From: the human T2T-CHM13v2.0 reference genome, Homo sapiens
Assembly (NCBI RefSeq): GCF_009914755.1
Contig: NC_060926.1
DNA: 64,000 nt
Direction: 5' to 3' (one strand)
Position 1 is the first letter of the stretch; each line of letters opens with the position of its first letter. The notes beneath the pieces are model-generated. The model did not search any database and was not told the origin of the DNA. It worked only from the letters and a program-made list of their open reading frames with translations. The position numbers were made by a program, and so were the translations under genes. Of the stretch, positions 1 to 12,180 are shown in pieces.

Positions 1-1639
1 CAAAGAAGAACGTTTTGAAAATCAGTTTCTATGCCCCACCTTTTAGACATTTATGGGGCTTTAGAAATAAGGTGCATCTGGCGCTGCAGTGTTACTGCAG
101 AAACTGATTGGGGGAAGGGTTTAGGAAGGAGGAGATGCTGACACCAGAGTACAAACACGAGGTGGCTCTGCCAGTGGAAACCCCTGGATGAATGCCGTTT
201 TCTTACAGATTGTGCCTGATCCTTCTGACCAAATGTGCACATTTGCAAAATACTGGGCTTGAGTCCAATGTGTCTTCTGGGGCCTTCTAATGAGTTAACC
301 TAGTACGTTCCCCAAGAGCCCACCCTCCCCGATTTGGCTCCAGGCTCGGGCAGAGGAGACATGCCCTGAGGACTGAATTCAAAGAGTTCATCTTACTGCT
401 CAATTCTCAAGTAACAGAGCCCCCTTCCAGCACCGCAGCCCCTCCAGAGGCCCTGAGCATGCTCTTAGGCTAGCGTGGGTTTGAGTGTGTGTCTGAGCAC
501 CAGCTGTGGCTCCCGTAGCTGTGCCTGCCTTACCTGCTTTCCACCTGCCTTGGGCCTCCCGCCCACCCTTCCTGGGTGGGACTATGAGTTGGGACTTGTT
601 GGGACACTAACTAAAAAGAGCTGCTTGCCACAGCCTCATGTCAAAGGACACCCCAAGCACCCTCCCTTCACCCCAACCCCTGTGTGCTCACCACACAGAT
701 GGTTGATTTATTAATAGTTCTTCCTCTAAAATGTCCCCTCCATGGAAATTCCACCTCCCTAGAAGACAATGCCTTTCTAAAGCCTGCCCCTCTGCTTTTC
801 AGAGGACGAGATGCACACTGCCTGGGATGAAACCCTAGGATCACAGAATTATTTATTTCACTAAGCATTGAGCCATTGATTATATTAAAACAAAAATACA
901 GACACACACATTTTTAAAGACAAAATTGAGACAACTTCAGCTTCTCGCTGGCTGCCCCCCAGCCACTCCTCCAGCTCCTGGGATCACACACACACATGCA
1001 CCACCGTTGGGGATAATTTGGTGAAAAATGTCTAAAAGATTCAGGCCGACAGAAACCACAAATGTCAACAGGAACCATCCTCCGTTCTTTACAACTACAC
1101 TTAGAATGCTAACCACAGACGAGGTCCTCAGGCGCTCTCCCCCCGACCCCTCACCTTTCTCCCCGTCACTCTCTCCAATTTAGTTCTTTCCTGCCTTGGC
1201 TCCTATAGGAACCAATAATTACTAGGTCTCCACAGCCTTGACTCTCCTGGAGTGAAAAGTGAGTTCTGGGCGCCATCTCGATTTTATCAGACTGGAAATC
1301 GTTTTCAGTATCAGCAGCCTTTCTCTTCAGGAAGGTGAACCAGCTTAACCACAGCTGAGCGTGGGGAGGTGGGAGGCAGACTCCCTGCGAGGCTCAACCT
1401 CGAAGGGCCAATGGCTGAGCAAAGCTCTGCGTCTGCAAACAGTGGCCTTCAAGGGTTTTCTGGGTGATTCTCAGCCTCTTTCCTGGGCTGTCTCTCTCCA
1501 GACACCTCCAACTTCCTCTCCGGGCCTTTGCACAGCCTTCTCTGTCTGCCTGGTTTCTCCTATGTGTCCTTAAGAGCCAGCTCTGATACTAGTTCAGGCC
1601 ACCTCCCTTTTTAGTCCAGCTAAGCTAATCACTACTGTA

Positions 1640-1990
1640 ACCAGGTGGTGAGCTGGCACATCTGAATCACCAAAGGGCTGATTAAAGCACAGATTGGTGG
1701 GCCACACTCCCAGAGATTCTGATTTTGTAGGTCTTGGGAGATACCTGAGAATTCGTATTTCTAATATGGAGCTCTTGGCTGCAGCTGCTTCTTGGGGACC
1801 ACCCTTCAGAACCATTGCTCTAACCTTGGCTACTCAAATCGTGGTCCACGGACCAGCATCATCAGCATCACCTGGGAGCTTGTTCACAATTCACAATCTC
1901 AGACCTAATAGGCCTAATGAATCAGATTCTGCATTTGAACAAGATCCCCAGGGGATTCCAGTGCACATAAAAGATTGCAAAACACTCCTC
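1640..1990. mobile_element. Two adjacent MER5-like hAT-Charlie DNA transposon relics
   Basis: Diagnostic strings cccagagattctgattttgtaggtcttggg, ggaccacccttcagaaccattg and ggaccagcatcatcagcatcacctgggagcttgtt...gaatcagattctgcatttgaacaagatcccc; boundaries approximate. Confidence 0.75.
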
Positions 1991-4689
1991 CAAACTGAGC
2001 TTCTGGAAGACAGAAACTTTTTCTTACTTTTCTGTGTATTCCCAGTACCTGGCACAGGACTGAGTAGGATGCAAAGGCTGGGGCTGGAGCAGTCATTCTA
2101 GCCTGAGAGCAAACCCACCCTGGACAGGTCTGCCCACGTTGGTGCACATCAGACTGACCAGCACACACTCCCAGCAGGTCATTTGGCACTTAGAAGAAAG
2201 AGCAATCAGCATCTCCAATGACCCACTACCCACTAGGTTCTGAAATCTCACAAAAGCATACCATCACCTTTACACCTGGTGACTTAAAAGTCAAACCCGA
2301 GTTAGCAAAAGGAGAGTTTCCACATGTATGTTCTTACACTCTCTTTCTGGAAGGGGAGACTGACTTCCAAACCCCGGGGCAGCTGCTCATAGGACCTAAT
2401 CCGGCAGGCTGCAGCTCCTGGCTGCCTGGGCTCCGACTGGGAACTCCATTTTCTATTTACAGCTTTTTCCTCATTTTGTTGTTGTTGCTGCTGAAAGTTC
2501 CTACACTTACAAACCTTTTATCTGCCAAGCCCCCGGGCTGACTATCACAGGACTGGAAGTGTGGCGGTGTGTTTGATGATGGATAAGCTCACCTCCATGC
2601 CTGCTCCCGATCATTTAGGACACAAAACTCTGTGCTCTGGAGCGAGCGTGGGCTGCCATCAGCTAAGCAGATGGATAATGTGGGAGACAGATCAGCACAT
2701 CTGGCAGAAGAGGCCCAGAATTGGGTGACAATGAATGTTTTCATCTGGGCAGATGTAACAAAATCTCCTCGCTCCCTGCATGGACTACTCCTTGAGGAAG
2801 TAGCCCACGTCTGAGCAGCGTCTTGCATCAGTCACCACGCAGTTACTTCACTTCGGTGCCCTCGAGTGAGAAGTGGAGGAGGTCAACTTGATATAAAAGC
2901 TGTACAGCTAAGTTTTGCTCAGAAAGTACCTTGTAAAATAAACATATGGGTAAGGCCATTTAAAAGAGCCCATTATTATGTGTTAGATTATGGACGGAGC
3001 CCTGAGCAACCAGGAGCCAGGGCAGGGGGCTGAGTCCAGGGACAGAGGCGTTCCCAGGAGGAAGGGGCACAAACTCTGCACCTGTGATTCCAACTCATGC
3101 TCGCGTTTCAGCCGATCCGCCCCCCTCCTCTCCCCGATACTGCCCGAAAGCATTCTTTCCTATAACGTGCGTTTCCCGGGGCAGAATGTGTGTGGTGGCA
3201 GGAAATGAGGGCTGAGCGTTACCAGCTAGGAAGGGGTTTTTTGTGTTCCAACATTGAGGTCCTGGAGTTAGCTCTTGCCTCAAAACCCGGTTTCTTTTTT
3301 GCCAGCCCACCAGCCCAGGATGGGCTCACGCCGAGGCTGACGAAACCCAGTCCTGAGTCAAAAACATCTGCCTCCTGCCCGTTTTCTTTCCCAACTCCAC
3401 ATGGTGGGGCCTCCAGGGGCCTCGGGACCACCTCGACCGCATGTCTATGGGGTCAGATGCATCAGATACCATCGCCACCTCTGCCTTCTTATCACCAAGG
3501 CTGGCTCAGGGTGAGCCGAGCAGGAGGCTGTGGGCCTGACCTGTTGCTGCTTCCCTTATTTCATCCTTTTGTCCCCCAAAGGATGGGCCATTTGCCAAAC
3601 AACAATGGAGGCTTCCCCGGGACCCTGTTTTCTTGACATTTCCCTTCTTTGGGACACTTCCCTCAGCACTCAGCCAGCAGCCCTGGAGGGTGCAAGGCAT
3701 TTCACAGCAGGACAAGGGTCTTTGAGGGCAACATCTCTGTGCATTGAGGGTGCTGTATGTTTGGAGACCGACCTGGCTTTTCTCACTCTCCTAGCACTTC
3801 TAGTTTGGCTTCACCACCAACCTCCCCTGGAGACCGCTGCCTTTCTTCCAAGTTCTGGGGTCACTGAGGAAGCCGCTGCCTGTGCACTGCCCCAGCTCAG
3901 CCCCTCCTGGTACGAAGGTCATGGCATATCCATCACGACTGTAACCAGCAGATCCCTGGACTCTGCCCACAGAATTCCCCGAGCCGGGCCCTCCCTCCTC
4001 CTGACCGGGGGCAGCTCCTCCTCCCAGCCTCATCTGCTCTCAGGTTTCTCTGCTGTCTGCCTCACAGCCCCACCCCACATTCATCATGCTCTTTGAATTC
4101 AGAATTTCACTGAAATCCCCAAGGTCTTTCCTTACCATACAGCCTTAGTCACTAACTTCACAGATGTCATGAACTTCCCATTCCTCTTCTTCATGATCTC
4201 AGACAAATGTTAGCATCCAACTTTGCATTCTTACAACACAGCTATTATTTCATTATCATGATTATTCTTCATGCCACACTCTGAGGTTTGTTTCCGAATC
4301 AATAGAAGATCATAGGTTTGGCCCCTGGTGCTCACCTTGCCACGTCCACCTGGCTTTATTTTCATAGCATTATTCTTTTCTATTTGGGTAACGGGCTGGA
4401 AAACCTCCAAGTTGAGAGGCTGTGGCTTTTTCCCAAATCAGAAAGCAAGCTGAGGGTGGTAAAGGAAAAGAACCCTTTTTCTTTTAAACTTGCTTCATGG
4501 TTGAGAGGTTGTGTTGTCACATGTGTGTGAGCTTGTGCACGTATGCATTTGAATCTCTGTCTGTTTCCTTCTGATCTTGGCCATATGGCCACAGTGCCTT
4601 GGGATCAATCTGGGAAGGGATAGTGGACTCTGGTTTGGCAAACCTAACGTCCATTCCCAAATCACTTCTCTTTTTCCTGACTCCAAGAG

Positions 4690-4988
4690 GAGACTGAAAG
4701 AGCTAAATGCTCACTCTCCCAGTCTTTTCAGCAAGGGGCAGCCAGGGGATAAATATTTCATAAATATTCATGACTCCTCTTATACTTATTGAATATGTAT
4801 ATTTGGCCACCTGCTTCAGCATAAATTCCTGTCTTATTTTCTCCACCCTCAAAGTGCCTGTTTCCAGCTTCTGGCCGGAGGCTCTGCTTCCCAGCCTATC
4901 AGAATGGCCACCCTGCAGGATACAACCCTTTAGGAGAAATAAAGCTCTCCTTTCCAAATGCATGAACCTTGTCATTCTTCAGCTGACG
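4690..4988 (+). mobile_element. ERV1 LTR 3' portion, MER34/MER39-like
   Basis: Ends in ccctgcagg...gagaaataaagctctcctttccaaatgcatgaaccttgtcattcttcagctgac, which resembles the MER34-group LTR terminus with AATAAA; left boundary uncertain. Confidence 0.55.
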
Positions 4989-5770
4989 GTAGGATTTCGG
5001 AAACTTCACAACAGAATTACATAAGGGTCTGCGGGGAGGGAGGGGAGCGACAGAGAGAATGCTGGGAGTGGGGAAGGTGAAACCACCTTTGCAAAATTAT
5101 GCCAGTGAGAGAAATATGACATGCCTGACTCCATCTTGCCTCTAGCCTCACTGGCTGGATGTCTTTGCTCATTCTTGGGCGTGGGCCAAACTAATTTGGG
5201 AGAAATTTGGTTTCCAGTTTAAATAATGATAGCCCTTCCCCTAAACTCAACTTAGGGTTAGGGTTCTTGGTTTCATTAGTTCTAGGTCTCATCAGTTCTT
5301 GTAAAACTAATGAAAGACCACCAAGTTAGGAGGATGAGAAGGGCTTGAATTCTAAATAATTACCAGCCATTATTCCAAAGGTCATAAGACTTGCAACTTC
5401 CCCAATTACTCTTGCAGATAACATCACTATTGCAGAACCTATGATTGGCCTTTTGAGATGTCTTTTTAGGTTTTTGCATTTCTGACACACTGATGACCCC
5501 CACCTGGACCTGCCAACCAATCCTATGGCCCTCACCCAGGAACTGACTCAGCACAAAAGGACAGCTTCTATTCCCTATGACTGCATCTCCAACCCAACTA
5601 ATCAGCCTGCCCCCTACTCCAGCCCCCTGCCCACCAAACTATCTTTGAAAAATCCCTAGCCTCCAAGCCTTCATGGAGACTGATTTGAGTAATAACTCCA
5701 TCTCCCATGTGGGGTGGCCGGGCTGGCCTCACATCAATTAAACTCTTTCTTTACTGCAATGCTGTGATCT

Positions 5771-6402
5771 TATTATAGGAGTTATTAAGAAATTATTTTA
5801 GGCAGATAGAGAGGAAAAGGGGTCCTTGGAAAGTTTTTGTTTCTTTTAAAGCAGTTCCAGAAAAGTTTTCTTGTCTGGCAGGAAAGCCCCTGGTCTTAGA
5901 GCTGGGCTGGCAACCTTTGATATGCAAATGCAGGCCATTAGAAACTGGGTACCCCCAAACATGGAGATTCCCCCTCTCTTCTTCTTGCCCTTGCCCCCAC
6001 ATGTGCCTGACAGCATGGCCGCCCCCTTTTATGCCCACACGTGTAGAACATCATGGCACCCTGCATTTGCATATTAAAAGGCTAGAGCAGGAGGACCAGT
6101 TTTTTCACGGGCTACGTGAGTGACCTACCTGGTCAAACCAATCCCCTGAGCCCTACGCAAATCAGGCACCACCTTCTCCAGCTTCCTCACATAAGCAGAC
6201 ACATTTCCGCTGCACACAGGGTTTCCTCTCTTGGCTTTGGAGCACCCCTCCCTCTGTCTCTGTATGGGGGAGCTTCTTCCTTCATTCTTGCCTATTAAAC
6301 TCTCTGCTCCTTAAAACCACTCCATGTGTGTCCATGTCATTTTATCTAATTCAACGTGAGATGAAGAACCCTGGTGTTCCTCCACTCATGGGATCTGTAC
6401 CA
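5771..6402 (+). mobile_element. Nested solo ERV1 LTR (LTR9-like)
   Basis: Starts tattataggagttattaagaaattattttaggcagatagagagg, ends gtacca; 4 bp TSD atct at 5767-5770 and 6403-6406; ATTAAA poly(A)-like signal near 6294. Confidence 0.8.
5915..5929 (+). promoter_or_regulatory. SOX-OCT composite motif inside the nested LTR
   Basis: ctttgatatgcaaat contains a perfect octamer ATGCAAAT with an adjacent SOX-like half-site; a second octamer (atttgcat) lies at 6065-6072. Motif only, occupancy unknown. Confidence 0.55.
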
Positions 6403-7169
6403 ATCTCAGTGAGTAGATTTTCTTTGTACAGCAGGCAGGAAGAACCTGCTGGGTGGTTACAAAGGCACTCCAGGCACAAGGCTGTTTAGAACAGAATTAA
6501 TATAGAATTCCTGCCTCTTGGTGCAAGGAGTGTCTATCCAGCCAAGACTTGTCCAGGCTAAGGTCTCTGTAAGCACAGCCCTGGACCTCAGGACCACCAA
6601 AAGATGGGTAGAAAGTTCTAGAACTATCATTACTAAATGAACCATATCAATCTACAAAACAATACATCATTTGGGGTTCCTCGGCTCTTAGGATGGAGAT
6701 GACATTGACTTGACCTTCCCTCCCCTACGAGTGAGCTCCTCAAACGATGGGTCATTCCTAGGAGCTCCCAAGCCAAGCCCTGAGTCCATTGAATCAATCC
6801 AGTTGAAGAAGCATCTTACTGTCCAGCAGACCCTCTCTCCCTCTCACCAAGTTTAGCCAGAGTGAGACTCTACCTCTTTCCCTTCTGTCCACCCCACCTA
6901 ACCTACCCTTTAAAAAAATCCTCAAGGCTGGTAGGGGCAGCACAGATCCTACTGAATATTTAGGAGCCAGAAAGGGGTCTGGGCCAGCATTCCTGGCATC
7001 TTAATGTCAGATCTTCCTTTAGTTAAAAAGCCCTTCAGTTAACCCCAAAGCTTGAGTGTGCGTCTCAGGATCTCCTTCCTGTTCTTTCCTCCTCCGCTTT
7101 CCCTCTCCTCACTCTCTCTCGACACTGAGTTTCCTATGTATTTCTAATGCAGAGGAAGTAGCTCTCTTT

Positions 7170-7351
7170 GGGGTTTTGTTGTTGTTCTCCTTTTCATTTT
7201 TAGTTTTTAATTTTTGTGGGTACATAGTGCGTATATATATTTATGGATTATGTGAATGTTTTGATACAGCTATGCAGTGTGAAACAAGCACACCGTGGAG
7301 AATGAGGTATCCATCCCCTCTAGCCTTTATCCTTTGAGTTACAAACCAATC
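7170..7351 (-). mobile_element. 5'-truncated L1 3' end (L1MA-like)
   Basis: T-rich tail then tttttgtgggtacatagt...gtatccatcccctc...ttacaaaccaatc; TSD gtagctctcttt (7158-7169) / gtggctctcttt (7352-7363). Confidence 0.8.
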
Positions 7352-9184
7352 GTGGCTCTCTTTTGTTTCTTTTCTTTTCTGCTAAAGCACAGTCCCAAAG
7401 ACAAGGCCAAGGGGAATTCTGCCCTTAGCTGTCTATTTCTGCAATATTCACACGTACAAATTCACTCATAAATGCCCCAACCTGCATTTAAGAGGGAGGT
7501 GATTTCAGATGAACAATGATCTTTTGCAATAATTGTGACTAACGACTGGCCTCTATTCTCTTCTCTTTGTCTTCCAGGCACTATTTTCCACTGTCTTCCT
7601 CTTCCCTGGGTTGCTCAAGTTCACACAGATGTGTCCTCACCAGGACCTCACAGTCAAAGAGACTTTTCTGTCTTTCTGTGTCAGTTTGATGGGAGACCAG
7701 ATTCCAACCACTAGACACGGCTGCGTCCCTGAAGGCCCGGCTGCTGCAGGCCTCCCTCGATCTGGCCAGGAATGACTCCTTTCCTCCTCTATTGCTATCA
7801 GGAGAGGTAGGAGGTGTTAGAGAGACCTCCCCTGCCCACCACACACACCTTCCAGCTTGAGGCTGCCTAAAGATCCTTCAGAAACCCCTGACCTTGTCCC
7901 TTCCCTTCCCCCTCCTCCTTGTTCTCCACGCTCTGACCAAGTGGAATTTTCCCCTTCACCACTTCAGGGTCACTTGGTAAAGATTAGTTGGGCAGAAAAG
8001 TCAGGGTTGGAGGAAGGGTGTATTTGGAAAGAGGGCTGGGCTGGAGATGAGGAAACTTGGGGTCCAGAAGCTGCTCTGCCACACTCCAGCTCACTGACCC
8101 TGGTCAAGTTGCCTCACCCACTTGGGCCTCTCTTTCCTCATTTGCCTAATAAACGTTTGAAATCCCTACACTACTCTTAAAGTGTCTACAACATTTAAAA
8201 GCAAATTGCCCCTATTAGAAATCTGGGGCCGCTCCTGCCTTTTCCACGACCTCCCTGCTAGAAGGTCCCAGAACTTTCCCTTTTGACTCCAGAGACACCA
8301 ACTCTGCTGATGTCACAACTCTCCTCTGACTGCAGGTTAATTTCTGGTGGATGCAATTTCCCTGCCTCTGCCGTTTTTACTGCAGTAGAGTTGCCCTGTG
8401 GTACACAGGCAGGTTATTGTTTTATTCTTTACTTTTGAAGCACAGTCAAGAGTTTCAAAAGGGATAAATCAGGAAGGTCCCGCAGGGCTGATGTTCCGTA
8501 CAAACACCCTGTAAGCCTCTGGGTGTGCCTGTCATCAGTTCTTATACAGACATCATGGGGCTACCGCCTTAGTTTGTAGTTTCTGAATAGCTGGAGGAGG
8601 GCGTATTACAGTTGAATAGGAGGGAGTTGCCAGGGAGCTGCCCATCCAATATCTTCTGTTTGTACAAGTTTTAGTTGGATACCCAGAGTCATAGAAATGA
8701 TTTCTTTTCAATAATAACAGAATCTCTAAAGAGATAAGCCTCCATCCCCTGGGAGGCCAAATGAACAACAGTGTGATATGAGCTGTTTTAGGAATGCAAG
8801 TCGGTATCCCGTGATCCCCAGGGACAAAGAGAACAAGTTTAGGGTTGTTCTTGCGTGTGGAAGGAAGCTAGAGAGGTTCCACCTGTCGGAATTGTCATGC
8901 ATCCTCCTTTATGGACGGACCAGCTATGAGCTACTGCCTTTCCATCAGCAGATGGTTCAAATGAACCCAGAGATTAGGTCTACAGAAAATATAGGTCGCA
9001 GCAAAGGAGAAATTCTACGTGAAAGTAGTTAGCACAGCACTCAGCATATGGTAGGGATCCTATAAATATTAATTTTTCCTCACATATAAAAATTCCAATT
9101 TGCAGGGTAATCTCAGCTTGTAAAGAAGTGAAAGTTAGAGTGGTAGATTTGTCTCCAGAGATGGTGACAGCACTCTCTGCCATC

Positions 9185-9832
<648 letters not shown>

Positions 9833-9891
9833 AAGCAAGTTTTCAGAATAAATCTGTTAAATTGACTTTAGCCTAAAACTGCCTCCTTACC

Positions 9892-9959
9892 TATTGGTGC
9901 AAAAGTTGGTGCAAAAGTAATTGCAGTTTTTGCCATTAAAAGTAATGTCACCAGCCAAT
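9892..9959. mobile_element. Rearranged MADE1 (Hsmar1-derived mariner MITE)
   Basis: ttggtgcaaaagtaattgcagtttttgccattaaaagtaatg matches the MADE1 TIR and centre; the right arm is mostly deleted. Confidence 0.85.
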
Positions 9960-10296
9960 ATTTTAAGTTTGGCCTAAGGTTTCTCTGTACATCGTGAGCT
10001 ATAACCTAAATGGAAGTGCAAACAGACTGTAACCTACTCTTGTGCCAATCACTGAGTTTTGCCCAATCTATGGTGGTCAACTCTTTGGACTGTGTTCAAA
10101 TAAGGCAAATGCTGAGCTGTAACCAATCTGGCCAGTTCTGTACCTCACTTCCATCTTCTGTACATCACTTTCCTTTGTTCTGTCTATAAATCATCTTCCA
10201 CCACCTAGCTGTGCTGGACTCTCTGAGCCTACTCTGGCTCTGGAGGCTACCTGATTTATGAATCATTCTTTGCTCAATTAAACTCTGTTAAATTTA

Positions 10297-10625
10297 GGCC
10301 GGGCGCTGTAGCTCGTGCCTGTAACCGCCGCACTTTGGGAGGCTGAGGTGGGATCACTTGAGGCCACTCAAGTGAGGTGGATCACTTGAGGCCAGGAGAT
10401 CGAGACCAGCCTCGCCCACGTGGTGAAACCCAGTCTGTACTAAAAAGACAAAGTATTAGCCAGAGGTGGTGGTGCATGCTTGTAATCCCAGCTAATTGGG
10501 AGGCTGGGCCAGGAGAATCCTCGAACTTGGGAGGCAGAGGTTGCGGTGAGCCGAGATCACACCACTGCACTCCAGCCTGGGTGACAAGAGCAAAACTCCA
10601 CCTCAAAAATAAAATAAAATAAAAT
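10297..10625 (+). mobile_element. Alu with a short internal duplication
   Basis: ggccgggcgc start, (AAAAT)n tail, perfect 17 bp TSD aaactctgttaaattta (10280-10296 / 10626-10642). Confidence 0.97.
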
Positions 10626-11749
10626 AAACTCTGTTAAATTTAATTTGGCTAAGGATTTTATTTTAACAATTCAAGAAAGAGTTTCAAAATTTAACCTTTC
10701 CATAGGATTTTTCTTTTTCTTTCTATCCTCCCCAAATTTTTCATATAATCCGTGTACTTTCAAAAATAAGTTCTCCAGAAACATTGCCAAGGGTTCTGTG
10801 GATTCATTCACTTAGCAAGGTTTTGAGAAACATTTTTAACACAAACATTTAAATGTGCATGTAATTTCCATCCTCAGAGAGCTTAATACTAACCATGTAG
10901 ACTAGACACATATACATCGAATGCTAATAATCTACAAGGCAGTATATGACTATAGCTAAGTGATCTCTAAACCCTGTTTTGACCCTGAAATTCCATTAGG
11001 CCATGGAACTAAGTATACAAACATTGAGTTCAGGGAAGACTCTTTGGGGTTCATCAGTATCAGAAAAACAGAAAATTAAACACACACGAGCTTACCTAAA
11101 CAGGGCTTTGTTTTTCCAGCATGAGTTCTTGCGTGGGCAGTCAAGGGCAGTCAGAGGTATGGGCTCCTTCTAGCTTTCTCCTATTCTTGGTATAAGGCCT
11201 TCCTCACAGCCTCACTGGATAGGTGCTCCACCTCTAGGCAACATGTTACATTTCCAGGTAGTAAGAACGAATAGGAAAGGACAAAAATCAAAAGGAAATG
11301 CAAGCTAACGGTCCCTTTTAATTAGGAAAGCAATAGCTTTTCTATAAGCTTCACCTTTTAAACTTCTACTTAAATCTTCTTGGCCAGAACTATTTTGTAA
11401 GTCTATCCTGAGCTGCAAGAGGTCCTGGACACATTCTGAGATACACTGGCCTTCTGTCACCAGGAAAAAGGGAGAGTGTATATTGGGTGTTTGAAGTAAG
11501 GAAGTAGAGAATGCCTTCGGGATAGGCAGTGAGCAGTGGCCCCCACAGTCAGAAGGTTGGCAGGATACAAAGATCTTTAGATAAGATGAAATACGGGGGC
11601 ATGCGCCAGAAGGAGGGAAGGTGGACCCCTTTCTCCTGGATGCATATGCATGGAAGGAGGGTAGAGAGAGTGCACACACACGATCACCCCCACCCCACCC
11701 AAACTCACACCACACCAGACACATACATACACACACACAATCACCATTT

Positions 11750-12180
11750 AATGTTGGACTGATATTTGAGGCTACCTCTGACTTACCTTGCCCAAGATTT
11801 CTTTTCTCCGACTCTATTGAATGTGCCTTTTTGCTCTACAGAGGCTAGAGAGCTAAAAACACTACTTCCCAGATATCCTTATAGCCAAGATTCTGGTTGC
11901 AATTGATCTCATGCCAATTAGAAACACTGTTTAAGACTTGCATTCAGAACTGAGTTCAGTGGGTGGAGGGCAGCATTCTGGAGGCAGCAATGACATCTTG
12001 GGGGCCCCACTCGACAGGCAGTTTCCTTAACAGCCTACTTCTGTGGCGTCATAGTTGGTCCTGGAGGCTCACCTAGGATCATTCTTCAGCTCCTCAATGA
12101 TTCTGTTATCAATTTTGTAACAGAGGTAAATCCCTATCTAAACTGGCAAGCATGACTCTGTTCTCTGTAACTGAAGCATA
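11750..12180 (+). mobile_element. Ancient ERVL-type LTR relic (LTR33/LTR16-like)
   Basis: ctaaaaacactacttcccagatatccttatagcc motif and a 3' end aaactggcaagcatgactctgttctctgtaactgaa; highly diverged. Confidence 0.45.

Larger units (their letters stand above)
5078..6461 (+). mobile_element. Solo ERV1 LTR (LTR8/LTR8A-like), split by a nested LTR
   Basis: Starts tgaaaccacctttgcaaaattatg, ends gggtggttaca; 4 bp TSD aagg at 5074-5077 and 6462-6465. Confidence 0.85.
9855..10668 (+). mobile_element. Solo ERV1 LTR (MER57-like) containing a MADE1 and an Alu
   Basis: tgttaaattgactttagcctaaaactgcctccttac ... ttttaaca termini; CCAAT boxes; TSD aatc/attc. Confidence 0.85.

Noticed and set aside
5252-5265. 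True interstitial telomere array
   Set aside because: Only ~2.3 TTAGGG units; kept only as part of the insertion-scar finding.
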